DNA of 64,000 bases from an uncultured Burkholderiaceae bacterium (GCA_964616175.1 CAZTUH010000007.1:7132-71131), one strand, 5' to 3'; shown: positions 8,599 through 19,513, counted from the stretch's first letter. The notes: a model not told the origin generated them from the sequence alone. Made by a program: numbers and translations.

Positions 8599-10521
8599 TC
8601 ATTGAAAAAATTTTTCTGTTGCAAATATTTTTGCATTATATTTTTTTCTTAGAATTCTGAATATCGATCGAATTTCGGAATCACATAAAACCGATTCTAG
8701 GTTCTTCTTAACAAGAAATGAGAAATGTTCATTGTCTTCTTGAGATTTAATTTCTTCAAGTTTCAAGATATAAAACCCTTTTTCTGTAATGATTCCATCA
8801 TAGAATGGAAGAGAATCTGGTTTAAGTGACATTGCAAAATCAACAATTTCTTCAGAAAGAAAATTCTGGCTTTGCAATCTAGAAACTTCAAATAATGGAG
8901 AAAATTTCTCAGGAAATATGGAAGATTCTTCTAATTTAACTTTGTCAAGCATCTTGCTTCCTTTGATTCCCGAAAGTTCAACTGACTGCTCCCTCCTGAT
9001 CTCATTGTATATTAATTCTTTAGTTTGTTCGAAAGAATGAAGATCTTTCAGGTCGATCTTATTCATATGAAGAAAAATCGAAATATTTGGAGAAATATCA
9101 ATCGAAATTGGATTCTCTTTATGCTCAGTATTTTCTTGCCTGAATAAGCTTTGAAGAAATTTTTCAGATTTTAAGATGGAAGAATCGTAAAAATTTGTTA
9201 TAAAATCTCCCTGAGAAAGTCTAAATTGATCTAAACTTTGTAGATAGTACAATTTCAAATCCAATAATCCAGCTATTTCATCAAGGTCAAATCCTTCATG
9301 AATAAACCCCAGAATCTTTTCAGCAGTGTTGGAAAATAAAGAATGAGATAATTCTTGATTTGACTTATTTACAATGTTTTCTTGGGATTTAATTAAGTCT
9401 TTCGAATACTTAGGATGAATCTCGGTTACCTGAAAAATGTGATATCCAGTTTCACTTTCTACAACATTAGAAATTTGGTTTTCTCCTAGATCAAAAATTA
9501 AACTTGCATCAACAGAATTTATCATCTTGCTTAAATCTAATAAATTCCACCTTCCCATATTTCCTCCATCCCAGGAAGAACTATCTTCTGAGTATTCAAA
9601 AGCAATTTTGGAAAACTCATCAGGTTTCTCTAAGAGAAAATTTTTTAAAAATTGTATTTTTCGATATGTTTCATTTTTATCGTTATTGTCCTTTAATGGT
9701 TTCTTTATAAAGATCTGACTTAGAGTTCGTGTTTCTTCTGTTGGAAATAAACTCTGATTCTCTTGTTGAGAATTGATAATTTCAGAATCCTGAGTATGTA
9801 GAAATTTTTCCTTATCAAGAACAATAAATTTTGCATTAATGATTTTAGTAAAAGTTGGTTGATTTTTATTTTTTTCAAACCAAGATTTCATATCTTCATA
9901 TGTGATAGTACAAGATTCGTAAAAATCCTCTATTGGATAGGCTAATACTTTTATAAATCGCTTTTCTGAGAAAAAACAAGAACCCCATGAAGATATTCTA
10001 TTGGGAATATAAGTTGATGATGAAATAGAATTCATGAATCTATATCCTGATAAATTTTTGCGTTGTTGATCCTCAAAATCGGCCGAACTAATTCTGTTTT
10101 GTTTCAAAAAAGTAAAATATTTTTCAATAGAAAATTTTTTATTTTCCCAAAAAAAATCTAAGGAAGAAATGAAATTTTGCAATTGTTGATTAGATATTGA
10201 AAAACAAAATTCTGATATGAATAATTTCAAAGCTTGCTCATTAATTATCTCATTGAGCAACTTATACTTTATTCCTGAATAATAAAGGTTTTGAAGATCC
10301 TTCGGGTAGGAAGAATTTTTTGATTCTTGAAAAAATCTTGTAAGAGAATTTTGGAAAAATGAAGCAGTTATTGGAAATCCCCCGATCTCTGCAATTTTTT
10401 CGTTTTCTTGACTAAGATCCTGATTATGATTCTGTAATATAGTCATCAATAATGAAAAAATTATTAAAAGAATTACAAAAGATTTTACCAAACCTCGGCT
10501 CATAAAACTAAATTGGGGCAT
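8599..10521 (-). CDS. ppiD: periplasmic chaperone PpiD-like (membrane-anchored, parvulin-type PPIase domain)
   Basis: 640 aa with an N-terminal TM helix (FVILLIIFSLLMTIL) and a central parvulin-like segment (YSEDSSSWDGGNMGRW). Size and architecture fit PpiD, but the sequence is highly diverged. Confidence 0.65.
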   Translation of the reverse strand: MPQFSFMSRGLVKSFVILLIIFSLLMTILQNHNQDLSQENEKIAEIGGFPITASFFQNSLTRFFQESKNSSYPKDLQNLYYSGIKYKLLNEIINEQALKLFISEFCFSISNQQLQNFISSLDFFWENKKFSIEKYFTFLKQNRISSADFEDQQRKNLSGYRFMNSISSSTYIPNRISSWGSCFFSEKRFIKVLAYPIEDFYESCTITYEDMKSWFEKNKNQPTFTKIINAKFIVLDKEKFLHTQDSEIINSQQENQSLFPTEETRTLSQIFIKKPLKDNNDKNETYRKIQFLKNFLLEKPDEFSKIAFEYSEDSSSWDGGNMGRWNLLDLSKMINSVDASLIFDLGENQISNVVESETGYHIFQVTEIHPKYSKDLIKSQENIVNKSNQELSHSLFSNTAEKILGFIHEGFDLDEIAGLLDLKLYYLQSLDQFRLSQGDFITNFYDSSILKSEKFLQSLFRQENTEHKENPISIDISPNISIFLHMNKIDLKDLHSFEQTKELIYNEIRREQSVELSGIKGSKMLDKVKLEESSIFPEKFSPLFEVSRLQSQNFLSEEIVDFAMSLKPDSLPFYDGIITEKGFYILKLEEIKSQEDNEHFSFLVKKNLESVLCDSEIRSIFRILRKKYNAKIFATEKFFQ

Positions 10522-10721
10522 AGGAAAAATTCCACACTAATTTTTCTAAAATGCAAGTGGTTATCCAAAGTTCTGAACACCAGATTTTTATTTTTTACAC
10601 CACAAATTACATTGAAGGATAAGACTATTTCAAACATGTTTTGGATTCTTCTTACAAAAGAAAAGTAAAGCTAATTTTTAAGATATCAATTCCCGAATAT
10701 TCATTTTAAGAATTAATGAAT

Positions 10722-11576
10722 TTATCTAATCTTTTGTTTAGGAAGATATTTCATAGGATCAACAGGAATTCCCTGTTTTCGAATCTCAAAGTGCAAGCAA
10801 GGATAATCTGTATCACTCTGACCTAGTTCTGCAATCTTATAACCTTTGCGAATTTCTTCTCCATGCTCTACAAATAGTTTTCTATTATGAGCATAAGCTG
10901 TTATGAATGAATTCTTATGACTTAAGATTACCAAATTTCCTAAGCCACGCACCCCATTACCACTGTATATAACAGTGCCGTCAGCTGCTGCTACTATATC
11001 AGTTCCAATAGGTCCAATAATATCAATTCCCTTATTATTTTTATCAAAATGATGAACTATTTTTCCAAAGACTGGCCAGTTCCAATTTATAGAATTTATT
11101 CCTCTTGTGTCATCAATAACTGCATTTATTCTTTTTCTGTCCTCAGAAGACTCTAGCTTTTTATTATCTTTTTGAAGAAAATTAGGAATTGATGATACAG
11201 ATTGTATTTTTAATTTTCTTATACTTTCAGAATTCTTTGTATCATTCTTCAATGATTTCTTTCTTAATTCATTATCATTCCTAAATTTAGAGAGATTAAT
11301 AACTTGTCCTGGATAGATTCGATCAGGATTTTTAATGCAGTTGGCTGATATTAACCTGTCCAAACTGATTCCAATAGAACGAGAGATTTCATAAAGTGTA
11401 TCTCCAGATTTTACAGTGTAATTAATTGGTTTTTGAGAATGAAGATTTGATTGTTCTGTCATATCAAGTATTGATGCATATTTTTTTAAATTTACATGAC
11501 TTGAACATCCAATCAAAATTAAAGGTGTCAAAATTATTGACACTAATTTACAGAATTTGTTTCTGCCTATTTTCAT
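10722..11576 (-). CDS. nlpD: LysM-domain / M23-peptidase-family lipoprotein (NlpD-type amidase activator)
   Basis: Lipobox LILIGCSS, LysM domain (YTVKSGDTLYEISRSIGISL..PGQVINL), and an M23 domain with the NlpD-like degenerate site (NKGIDIIG, LHFEIRKQG). It lies downstream of surE. Confidence 0.85.
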   Translation of the reverse strand: MKIGRNKFCKLVSIILTPLILIGCSSHVNLKKYASILDMTEQSNLHSQKPINYTVKSGDTLYEISRSIGISLDRLISANCIKNPDRIYPGQVINLSKFRNDNELRKKSLKNDTKNSESIRKLKIQSVSSIPNFLQKDNKKLESSEDRKRINAVIDDTRGINSINWNWPVFGKIVHHFDKNNKGIDIIGPIGTDIVAAADGTVIYSGNGVRGLGNLVILSHKNSFITAYAHNRKLFVEHGEEIRKGYKIAELGQSDTDYPCLHFEIRKQGIPVDPMKYLPKQKIR

Positions 11577-11714
11577 ATTAAGCTATGGGAATAAAAGAAC
11601 TAATCAAAAAGTTTCAATAAATTAATTTCAGCAGAAATGTTTTAACGAATCTAGTGCAAAAAACTATCAGAACTATTCAGTATTTAGTTCTTTCTGTTTA
11701 ATAGGATTTTTATC

Positions 11715-12464
11715 TCACAAGATTTTATCTAACCAATTTTGGATAGCATCTAATTCACTATGCTGTGTCAAATCTAAACTCAATGGTGTAACGGAAATAT
11801 AGCCCTGCGAAATAGCATGAAAATCGGTTCCTGGAGCAGAGTCAGCAGCTAATCCAACAGGACCAATCCAATAGACAGTATCACCATATGGTGTCGTGCT
11901 CCGTATGACAGGTTGTGATGGATGTCGTTTTCCAAGACGAGTAACTTGTAACCCATTAACTTTTCCAAATTGTCGGTTCGGGATATTAATATTGAGTAAT
12001 GTTGGTTTTTGTAAGGATTTATACAATTGATGCTGAATAATTTTTTTTGCTATTAATGCGGCTGATTTAATATTTTCCCAATCTTTGGCAGCCAATGAAA
12101 AGGCAATTGCTGGAATACCAAATAAAAATGCTTCACTTGCAGCAGCTACAGTTCCAGAGTACAAGGTATCATCTCCCATATTAGGTCCATTATTGATCCC
12201 CGATACAACTAGATCTGGAGGAGATTCCATCAAGCCAGTAAGTGCTATGTGAACGCAATCCGAAGGTGTGCCATTGACAACCTTAAATCCCTGAGCCGTT
12301 GTGTGAACAGTTAATGGTCTCCTAAGGGTTAGGGAATTTGAAGCGCCACTATGATTAGATTCTGGTGCTACTACCGTAATCTTTCCAAGGGTTTTCAAAG
12401 AAAAAAATAATGTTTCTAGTCCTTTTGAAGTATAACCATCATCATTTGAAATTAAAATTCGCAT
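11715..12464 (-). CDS. surE: 5'/3'-nucleotidase SurE
   Basis: [10 protein letters not shown] start motif, plus [12 protein letters not shown] and YSGTVAAA. The ORF opens at 12509 but the canonical start is Met16 at 12464. Confidence 0.9.
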   Translation of the reverse strand: MRILISNDDGYTSKGLETLFFSLKTLGKITVVAPESNHSGASNSLTLRRPLTVHTTAQGFKVVNGTPSDCVHIALTGLMESPPDLVVSGINNGPNMGDDTLYSGTVAAASEAFLFGIPAIAFSLAAKDWENIKSAALIAKKIIQHQLYKSLQKPTLLNINIPNRQFGKVNGLQVTRLGKRHPSQPVIRSTTPYGDTVYWIGPVGLAADSAPGTDFHAISQGYISVTPLSLDLTQHSELDAIQNWLDKIL

Positions 12465-12688
12465 TGAAAAAACACTTTTTATTAATGAATAATATTTTCT
12501 GAAATTCAATTATAGAAGATAATATAATGCAATTTACCTTCATTTCTGGATTTAAAAAAAAGGAGTTGCTTTTATAAAAAATTTATCAGTCCCTAATGGG
12601 ATCTGCAATAAAGAAAATACCGAAAAGTCCAAACCCTGATAATTAAAAATTAGGATTGTTTAAATTTCCATAAATACAGGATTTAATT

Positions 12689-13354
12689 GTGATCTCTGAT
12701 TTTTTCCTCCTAGGAAAAACCCCATTTCTAATAATAATTGCTTATTTAATTGGCTCTATTCCATTTGCAGTTATAATCAGCAAATTTATGAAGCTCAAAG
12801 ATCCAAGAATTCATGGATCCAAGAATCCTGGAGCAACAAATGTATTCCGCATTGGATCTAGAACAGCAGCTTTTTTAACACTATTCAGTGATATTTTAAA
12901 AGGTTGGATTCCATTTTACTTTTGTAATCTCTTAAACCAAGTATTGCCTAATGAAACATTTTCTGCAATTGCATTTGCTGTTTATTTTGGCCATATTCAT
13001 CCAATTTTCCTAAAATTTAGGGGGGGGAAGGGAGTTGCCACATTAGTTGGTATCCTCTTTGCTATTCATACTTGGCTAGCTTTTGCAACAATTTTAACTT
13101 GGTTAGCAACATTTTTTTTATTCCGTTATTCATCGTTATCGTCTCTATTTTGTGCATTTTTAATCCCAGTTTATTATATGCTTGGTATTGGAATAGGATG
13201 TGAAAATCAGAAACCAATTATAGGTACTTTGATTCTTATAAGCTTACTGATTTTGTATCGACATAGAGAAAATATTAACCGACTAATTCGTGGGAAAGAA
13301 AATCGCATTATTTTTCGAGAGAAAAAAAGTGCAAGAATACTTACTATTGATTAA
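12689..13354 (+). CDS. plsY: glycerol-3-phosphate acyltransferase PlsY
   Basis: 221 aa membrane protein with AYLIGSIPFA, GSKNPGATNV and GGKGVAT motifs and a GTG start. Its 3' end overlaps the convergent tsaD by 11 bp. Confidence 0.9.
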   Translation: MISDFFLLGKTPFLIIIAYLIGSIPFAVIISKFMKLKDPRIHGSKNPGATNVFRIGSRTAAFLTLFSDILKGWIPFYFCNLLNQVLPNETFSAIAFAVYFGHIHPIFLKFRGGKGVATLVGILFAIHTWLAFATILTWLATFFLFRYSSLSSLFCAFLIPVYYMLGIGIGCENQKPIIGTLILISLLILYRHRENINRLIRGKENRIIFREKKSARILTID

Positions 13355-14378
13355 GAATATCCCAACGAGGTTTTACAAGCAGTTCTTGTTTATTCTTTTT
13401 ATTCTCAAGAAAAGAAGAGCAAAAGCCTCTAGAAATTCTTTGAGCGGCAACAAAAGCAATCATTGCTCCATTATCTGTACATAACTCTATTGGAGGAATA
13501 AATAAACGATTTCTAGTATTTCTTAAAACACTTTTGAATTCATTGCGCAGAAATTCATTAGATGCTACTCCTCCTACTATTGAAAGGTCCTGAATTTCAG
13601 TTTCTTTTAACGCTCTTAAAGATTTCGAGACTAGGATTTCAATGATAGCATTCTGTGCTGCATAAGCTAGGTTAGCTATTGCTTTTTTGTCTTCTTGGAT
13701 GTTTAATAGTTGTATTTTTTTAAATACTGCTGTTTTTAAACCACTGAAACTGAAATTTAGATTCTTACTTTTTAGCAATGGTTTTGGAATTTTGATCTGG
13801 CTTGGCCCGCCAGATTTGGCTAGAAATTCAAGCAGAGCTCCTCCTGGATAACCTAATCCCAGTAGCTTGGCAATTTTATCAAGTGCTTCACCAGCTGCAT
13901 CATCCAAAGTTTCGCCAAGTAATGTGTATTTACCTATGTCATGAACAATTGTTAACTGTGTATGCCCTCCAGAAACCAGTAAGGAAAGATATGGAAAATT
14001 TGGACAGGGTTTATCTAATAGTACTGACAAAAGATGTCCTTCTAAGTGATGGACAGGAATGATGGGAATTTTCTGAATCCATGATAAAGATTGTGCAAAA
14101 CTAGCTCCAATTAATAAAGAACCCATTAATCCAGGACCAGCCGTATAAGAAATTGCATCAATATCACTAAGTTTTAAACTACTTTTTTTTAGCGAATTTT
14201 CAATCAAGGGAATAATTCGTTTTACATGATCACGAGAAGCTAACTCGGGTACAACCCCACCATAATTTTCATGTATTTTAACCTGACTGTGAACTATATG
14301 AGCCATTAAACCTTCTTCTATAGAAAAAACTGCGACTCCAGTTTCGTCACAAGAGCTTTCAATGCTTAGAATAATCAT
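13344..14378 (-). CDS. tsaD: tRNA N6-adenosine threonylcarbamoyltransferase TsaD
   Basis: 344 aa with ILSIESSCDETGVAV, HHLEGHL and SGGHTQL motifs. Confidence 0.93.
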   Translation of the reverse strand: MIILSIESSCDETGVAVFSIEEGLMAHIVHSQVKIHENYGGVVPELASRDHVKRIIPLIENSLKKSSLKLSDIDAISYTAGPGLMGSLLIGASFAQSLSWIQKIPIIPVHHLEGHLLSVLLDKPCPNFPYLSLLVSGGHTQLTIVHDIGKYTLLGETLDDAAGEALDKIAKLLGLGYPGGALLEFLAKSGGPSQIKIPKPLLKSKNLNFSFSGLKTAVFKKIQLLNIQEDKKAIANLAYAAQNAIIEILVSKSLRALKETEIQDLSIVGGVASNEFLRNEFKSVLRNTRNRLFIPPIELCTDNGAMIAFVAAQRISRGFCSSFLENKKNKQELLVKPRWDILNQ

Positions 14379-14487
14379 AGGATATTTTAATTAATTGATC
14401 GATTGAAAAATAAATTTTCACTAACTAAATAAATATAATAGTAAGGAATCCATTTCCCTATATTAATGTATCAAGAGAAAGAGAAAA

Positions 14488-15777
14488 ATGTTTGAAAAAT
14501 TATTCAATTTAAGTGGGAATAAAACAAATATTCGTACTGAATTAACAGCTGGAATAACGACTTTTTTAACTATGTCTTACATTATTTTTGTTAATCCTGA
14601 AATCATTTCTACTACTGGCATGGATAAAAGTTCTGTATTTGTTGCAACCTGCTTAGCAGCAGCTATCGGATCACTTATTATGGCCATTGCTGCAAATTTG
14701 CCAATTGGAATGGCTCCAGGAATGGGTTTGAATGCATTTTTCTCATTTACAGTAGTTGAAGCAATGGGATGTCCTTGGCAACAAGCATTAGGTATGGTTT
14801 TTATTTCTGGACTTATTTTTCTAGTCTTGACAATTTCGGGTATAAGATCATGGTTAATAAAAGGCATTCCAGAAAATTTACAATCTTCAATAGTTGTTGG
14901 AATTGGATTTTTCTTGGCAATTATATCCTTGTCTCAAGTTGATATTATTGTCAGTCATCCCATAAAGAAAATTGCTTTGGGAAATCTTGGGGAATACAAA
15001 CAATTATTTGCGATTCTTGGTTTTTTTCTTATTGCTACTCTAGATTGTGCTCGAATTAAAGGTTCTATAATCATCGGGATCCTATCAATAACAGTGATTT
15101 CTATATTTACAGGTTATGCTGAATTTAAAGGCATATTTTCTGTTCCACCTAGTTTATTTCCAACTTTTATGCAGTTAGATATCATTGGGGCATTAAAAAT
15201 TGGTTTCATAGATATTATCCTAATGTTTGTTCTTGTTGAAATTTTTGATGCAACAGGTACTTTGATTGGAATAAGCAAACGGGCAAAGCTTTCTGGAAAC
15301 ACTAACAATCAGTTAAATCGTGCCTTATTTGCAGATAGCACAGCTATCATTATAGGTTCTACACTTGGAACAAGTAGCACTACTGCTTTTGTTGAAAGTG
15401 TAACAGGAATTCAAGCTGGTGGTAGGACTGGCCTGACAGCATTAATTATTGCTCTAGCATTTCTAGTTGCTTTGTTTTTATCCCCGTTAGCTGCTTCTGT
15501 TCCTTTATATGCGATATCCCCAGCACTTCTTTATGTTGCATGCTTAATGATAAAAGAAATAATTGAAATAGATTGGAATGATATTAGCGAATCTATACCA
15601 GCTTCTTTGAGTATTTTTATGATGCCTTTTACCTATTCTATTGCTAACGGACTAGCATTTGGTTTTATAAGTTATGTAATCTTGAAAAGCTTATCTGGAA
15701 AAATTTCTGAGATACATATTGCAACATGGTTGATCTCTATTTTGTTTTTCATCCGATTTTTTTTAAATGCAACATAA
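14488..15777 (+). CDS. NCS2/AzgA-family purine (adenine/guanine/hypoxanthine) permease
   Basis: 429 aa polytopic membrane protein. The N-terminal TELTAGITTFLTMSYIIFVNP and the later FVESVTGI..GGRTGLTA are typical of the AzgA/PurP group. Substrate was not determined. Confidence 0.8.
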   Translation: MFEKLFNLSGNKTNIRTELTAGITTFLTMSYIIFVNPEIISTTGMDKSSVFVATCLAAAIGSLIMAIAANLPIGMAPGMGLNAFFSFTVVEAMGCPWQQALGMVFISGLIFLVLTISGIRSWLIKGIPENLQSSIVVGIGFFLAIISLSQVDIIVSHPIKKIALGNLGEYKQLFAILGFFLIATLDCARIKGSIIIGILSITVISIFTGYAEFKGIFSVPPSLFPTFMQLDIIGALKIGFIDIILMFVLVEIFDATGTLIGISKRAKLSGNTNNQLNRALFADSTAIIIGSTLGTSSTTAFVESVTGIQAGGRTGLTALIIALAFLVALFLSPLAASVPLYAISPALLYVACLMIKEIIEIDWNDISESIPASLSIFMMPFTYSIANGLAFGFISYVILKSLSGKISEIHIATWLISILFFIRFFLNAT

Positions 15778-15847
15778 TAAGGAAAAATTGCATTTAATAT
15801 TTGCCTCTAAATCTAAAACTTGATTTCAATTGCAGTTTTTTTTCCAA

Positions 15848-16369
15848 TTATTTTTCCAATGAACAAAAATTTTTAGAACTACAAGAATCTTTTGAACGAA
15901 GTTCTGTAAAAAATTTTCGAAGGATATTTCCACAATTTTCTGAGAGAATTCCACCATATATCTGGATTTTATGATTTAAATTATTCAATGAATAGATGCA
16001 ACGCGAAATATTGCTTGTACATTTTGAATCAAAAGCCCCAAAAATTACCTGCGAAATTCTGGCTTGGAAAATTGCTCCAACACACATCATGCACGGTTCT
16101 AGAGTTACGTATAATTTCAGGCCAACTAATCGATGATTTCCCAATTTTGATGCTGTTTTTCGCAGAGCCACTATCTCAGCATGAGCTGTAGGATCCTTGT
16201 CAAGGATGGTTCGATTATGACCTTCGGCAATGAGTTTTCCTTCTTTGCTGGTAATGATAGCACCTACAGGAACTTCACCCAAAGAATAAGAGAGTTGAGC
16301 TTGCTTAAGTGCTAATAGCATTAATGGTTCTTCAAATCTTGACTGAAAATCGGATATTTCTTGCAACAC
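15848..16369 (-). CDS. tadA: tRNA adenosine(34) deaminase
   Basis: 173 aa with the CDA zinc motifs HAEI and PCMMCVGA. Confidence 0.9.
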   Translation of the reverse strand: MLQEISDFQSRFEEPLMLLALKQAQLSYSLGEVPVGAIITSKEGKLIAEGHNRTILDKDPTAHAEIVALRKTASKLGNHRLVGLKLYVTLEPCMMCVGAIFQARISQVIFGAFDSKCTSNISRCIYSLNNLNHKIQIYGGILSENCGNILRKFFTELRSKDSCSSKNFCSLEK

Positions 16370-16390
16370 AGAGAAATCCTGAAAAATATT

Positions 16391-16729
16391 TCAAGCATCA
16401 AAAGAATTCAACTTCTTTTTGGATTTTCGATAAACATCAACATGCATAAGAAGCATTGCAGTGACCGGAGAACTAATGATCAATAAAATTATAACCATTA
16501 ATAAACCAAATAATATTTTCTTCAATATGCAAAAAAAGAAAATAATTGAAGCTAACAAAATACAAATAGCACCGAGGGTACTCCCAAGTATAGGAGCATG
16601 TATCCTAGTATGAAAATCTGAAAAAAAAAGGAGACCTAAGGAACTCAGAAAAGTCACAAAGCTTCCAATTAATAACAGAAAACAGAAAAGAATAGTACCT
16701 AGTGTTGAAAAATTTTCAAGCATATTCAA
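16391..16729 (-). CDS. mnhG: Mrp/Pha monovalent cation/H+ antiporter subunit G
   Basis: 112 aa three-TM protein, the last gene of a six-gene A(B)-C-D-E-F-G operon with overlapping stops and starts. Confidence 0.8.
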   Translation of the reverse strand: MNMLENFSTLGTILFCFLLLIGSFVTFLSSLGLLFFSDFHTRIHAPILGSTLGAICILLASIIFFFCILKKILFGLLMVIILLIISSPVTAMLLMHVDVYRKSKKKLNSFDA

Positions 16730-17010
16730 GGTTCAATAATTTCTCCACGCAACAAGAATTTTGCCATAGATGCAGAACCAACAAAACCAAATAATGAGAT
16801 TAACAAAGCAATATCTGAATACAATGGAGTTTTATTTCGAATCCCGAATACTAGGATTACAAGCATTGCATTGATGTATAAAGCATCCAAAGCAAGAACT
16901 CTATCCTGTGCAGAAGGGCCATGCATCAAACGAATAGTTATGCATAGCATACTTAAAGTAAGAAGTAGCATTGCAATATCAATTGATAGAGATAATATAA
17001 AACTTTTCAT
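16726..17010 (-). CDS. mnhF: Mrp/Pha antiporter subunit F
   Basis: 94 aa. The GPSAQDRVLALD motif is typical of MnhF/PhaF. It overlaps its neighbours by 4 bp. Confidence 0.82.
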   Translation of the reverse strand: MKSFILSLSIDIAMLLLTLSMLCITIRLMHGPSAQDRVLALDALYINAMLVILVFGIRNKTPLYSDIALLISLFGFVGSASMAKFLLRGEIIEP

Positions 17011-17501
17011 TCAAATATTTCCATTAATGGAACTTCATATTTTTCTTTAATTATATGAACTATTTTTTTTTCTTCACTGAGATTTAAAACATGCAATGTT
17101 AGTATATATTGGTCAGAAAGGCCAATCCAAATGGTCCCTGGAATGTAGGAGATAATACAACATAGAAACATTAGTCCAAAAGGATTGCGAATTTCTATTG
17201 GAATTGAAACAAAACCGCATCGGAACTCATTCATCATTGATGAATTTAAGTTAATAATTAAACGAACTAATCCAAAACTGGATCTTAGTATATCATAAGA
17301 CATGTAAAGAATTATCTTTGGAAGTAAGAAGAGTTTTTTAAACTTTAATTTTGTTAAATATTTGAACCGAAACTTAGAGGAAGCATAATATAACCATATG
17401 GAAATCAATGCTCCAAGAATAGAGCTATTCTTGGAGCATTCCTCATTCAGAAGGATCCAAAAAACGAACAAAATACATGGAAAAAAGAATTTGAAAATCA
17501 T
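17007..17501 (-). CDS. mnhE: Mrp/Pha antiporter subunit E
   Basis: 164 aa. Operon position and membrane topology fit; the sequence is diverged. Confidence 0.72.
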   Translation of the reverse strand: MIFKFFFPCILFVFWILLNEECSKNSSILGALISIWLYYASSKFRFKYLTKLKFKKLFLLPKIILYMSYDILRSSFGLVRLIINLNSSMMNEFRCGFVSIPIEIRNPFGLMFLCCIISYIPGTIWIGLSDQYILTLHVLNLSEEKKIVHIIKEKYEVPLMEIFE

Positions 17502-17502
17502 G

Positions 17503-19194
17503 TTACAAAATTGTAAACTTATTCAATTTCAATTTAAGAATAGATGAAGATAAAACAGCATTTATATATTCAGATGGATTGTTTAAAGACAAGGCTGTAT
17601 CTTGCATATAAGAAAGAATTGGGTTTGCAGTAATAGATAATGCAAAACATAAAAAAATCAAAATACCTATTGGAGTTATTTCTAACCATTTTAATGACGG
17701 TACGATTGTATCTCTTGACCAAAAAGCTTTTATACCTATCCTAGTAAATACAAGAAGTGCGGATACGCCCGAAAACAATAAAGCAAATATTAAGATCCAT
17801 GCATAGATTTTTTGAACAGTCAAAAACAAAGAAATAGATGCTAATAATAAAGAAAGTTTTGCAATAAATCCAGAAAAAGGAGGCAGTCCTACTATTAATA
17901 ATGCACAAGAAACAAATGATAGACCAAGAAATGCCATTGGAACTGGAATTGGTACTCCAACCACATCATCAGGTCGATTTGCCATTTTTTTTGATTCATC
18001 TGATTCAAAATCGTTTGTAATTCTTTCAACAAAGAAATTTGATTCAAGGGTTCTTGTGCGACCAACTAACTCAGCTAGCAAAAATAAAGTGCTTATAGCC
18101 AAAGCAGAATTAACTAAATAAAAAAGGGCTGCAGTTGTACAAGGAACACTCGGCACTCCTAAAACCATTAATAATGTTCCTACCGAAATAACAGTACAAT
18201 ATCCAGAAAGTTTTTCTATAGGCTGAGTAACTAGCAAACCAAAACAACCAAACAACAGGGTTATCAAGCCAATTGGAAAAATCCAATTCAAATTGAAAGG
18301 AGCGGGCAATTCATTTGGAAAAATTAATGAACTTATTCGCAATATCGCATAAACCCCAACTTTTGTTAACATTGAAAACATAGCTCCAATTGGTGGAGCT
18401 GCTAGAGCATATCCTCTTACTAGCCAAAAATTCAGAGGCCAGACCCCAGCTTTTACCATGAAAGCAAGTCCAAGAATCGCAAATCCTATGTTGAAAATCT
18501 TGTAATCGATATTGCTTAATTTTAACGAGTATGAAGAAGCCAAATCAGCTAAATTTAAAGTACCTGTTACTCCATATATTAATCCAATACTTACTAGAAG
18601 TAAGAAAGAAACAACTAAATTAACTACAATATAATGTAAACTTGCTCCTACTCGATCTGATCCAGATCCATGTAACATTAACCCATATGATGCTGCTAAC
18701 AAAACTTCAAAAAAAACAAAAAGATTAAATAGATCTCCTGTTAGGAACGCTCCGTTTAAACCCATTAGAAGAAATTGAAATAAAGAATAAAAATGTACCC
18801 CAACTCTATCCCAATGATTTATAGCATACAAAAGAGAGTTAAATCCTATAACAGAAGTTAGAACTAACATGATCGCTGCTAATCTATCAGCAACTAAGAC
18901 AATTCCAAATGGAGCTGGCCAACCTCCAATAGCATATACACCAATGTTACATAGCCAAATGTCAAAATAATTTTTTTTGGTTAAAATTAACAAGGTAATT
19001 CCACTTAACAATTGCAAGATAACTGAGAAAAGCGAAATCCCAGTCCTCAAACTTCGCTTTGTATCTGCTAGAAGCAGCATTACAGCTCCCGATAGTAAAG
19101 GGATTACAATCGGACTTACGATAACATTCTGATAGATAAATTCCAAAAATTTATCCTCTTTTTCCATCAACATGATCTGTACCTGTAAAACCAC
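17503..19194 (-). CDS. mnhD: Mrp/Pha antiporter subunit D (NuoN/NuoL-like)
   Basis: 563 aa proton-pumping-subunit fold. The start is uncertain: the ORF overlaps mnhC by 44 bp, and Met8 or Met10 are alternatives. Confidence 0.85.
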   Translation of the reverse strand: MVLQVQIMLMEKEDKFLEFIYQNVIVSPIVIPLLSGAVMLLLADTKRSLRTGISLFSVILQLLSGITLLILTKKNYFDIWLCNIGVYAIGGWPAPFGIVLVADRLAAIMLVLTSVIGFNSLLYAINHWDRVGVHFYSLFQFLLMGLNGAFLTGDLFNLFVFFEVLLAASYGLMLHGSGSDRVGASLHYIVVNLVVSFLLLVSIGLIYGVTGTLNLADLASSYSLKLSNIDYKIFNIGFAILGLAFMVKAGVWPLNFWLVRGYALAAPPIGAMFSMLTKVGVYAILRISSLIFPNELPAPFNLNWIFPIGLITLLFGCFGLLVTQPIEKLSGYCTVISVGTLLMVLGVPSVPCTTAALFYLVNSALAISTLFLLAELVGRTRTLESNFFVERITNDFESDESKKMANRPDDVVGVPIPVPMAFLGLSFVSCALLIVGLPPFSGFIAKLSLLLASISLFLTVQKIYAWILIFALLFSGVSALLVFTRIGIKAFWSRDTIVPSLKWLEITPIGILIFLCFALSITANPILSYMQDTALSLNNPSEYINAVLSSSILKLKLNKFTIL

Positions 19195-19489
19195 GTGAAG
19201 CTAATAACACTACCAAGAATAAAGCTGTTGTAGCAAAACTTATAACGATAGATGTCAAAACTAAAGCTTGTGGTACTGGATCAGCATATATAGAAAGATC
19301 CAATTGATTTGTAGAACTAATAATTGGAGGAGAAGCTTCAGTTATTTTTCCTATCCCAAAAATAAACAAGTTAATCGAGTATGAAAGTAGTGATAAACCT
19401 ATAACAATTTGAAATGTACGTGGCCTAAGGAGAAGCCAAGTTCCTGAAGTTCCTAGAATACTAATAGCAAGCGCTAGAATAAGCGGCAT
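19151..19489 (-). CDS. mnhC: Mrp/Pha antiporter subunit C (NuoK-like)
   Basis: 112 aa three-TM protein at the expected operon position. Confidence 0.82.
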   Translation of the reverse strand: MPLILALAISILGTSGTWLLLRPRTFQIVIGLSLLSYSINLFIFGIGKITEASPPIISSTNQLDLSIYADPVPQALVLTSIVISFATTALFLVVLLASRGFTGTDHVDGKRG

Positions 19490-19513
19490 TAATCTGATCT
19501 CCTTAATTCGGAA

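Noticed and set aside
10561-10569. TTATCCAAA, a one-mismatch DnaA box, upstream of ppiD.
   Set aside because: It is a single isolated near-match, with no cluster, no adjacent AT-rich 13-mers and no dnaA or dnaN nearby. Chance occurrence is expected.
19151-19194. The 44-bp overlap of mnhD with mnhC was considered as a possible frameshift or pseudogenisation.
   Set aside because: Both frames are complete and conserved end to end. Internal Met8 or Met10 of MnhD shorten the overlap, and overlapping starts are normal in Mrp operons.
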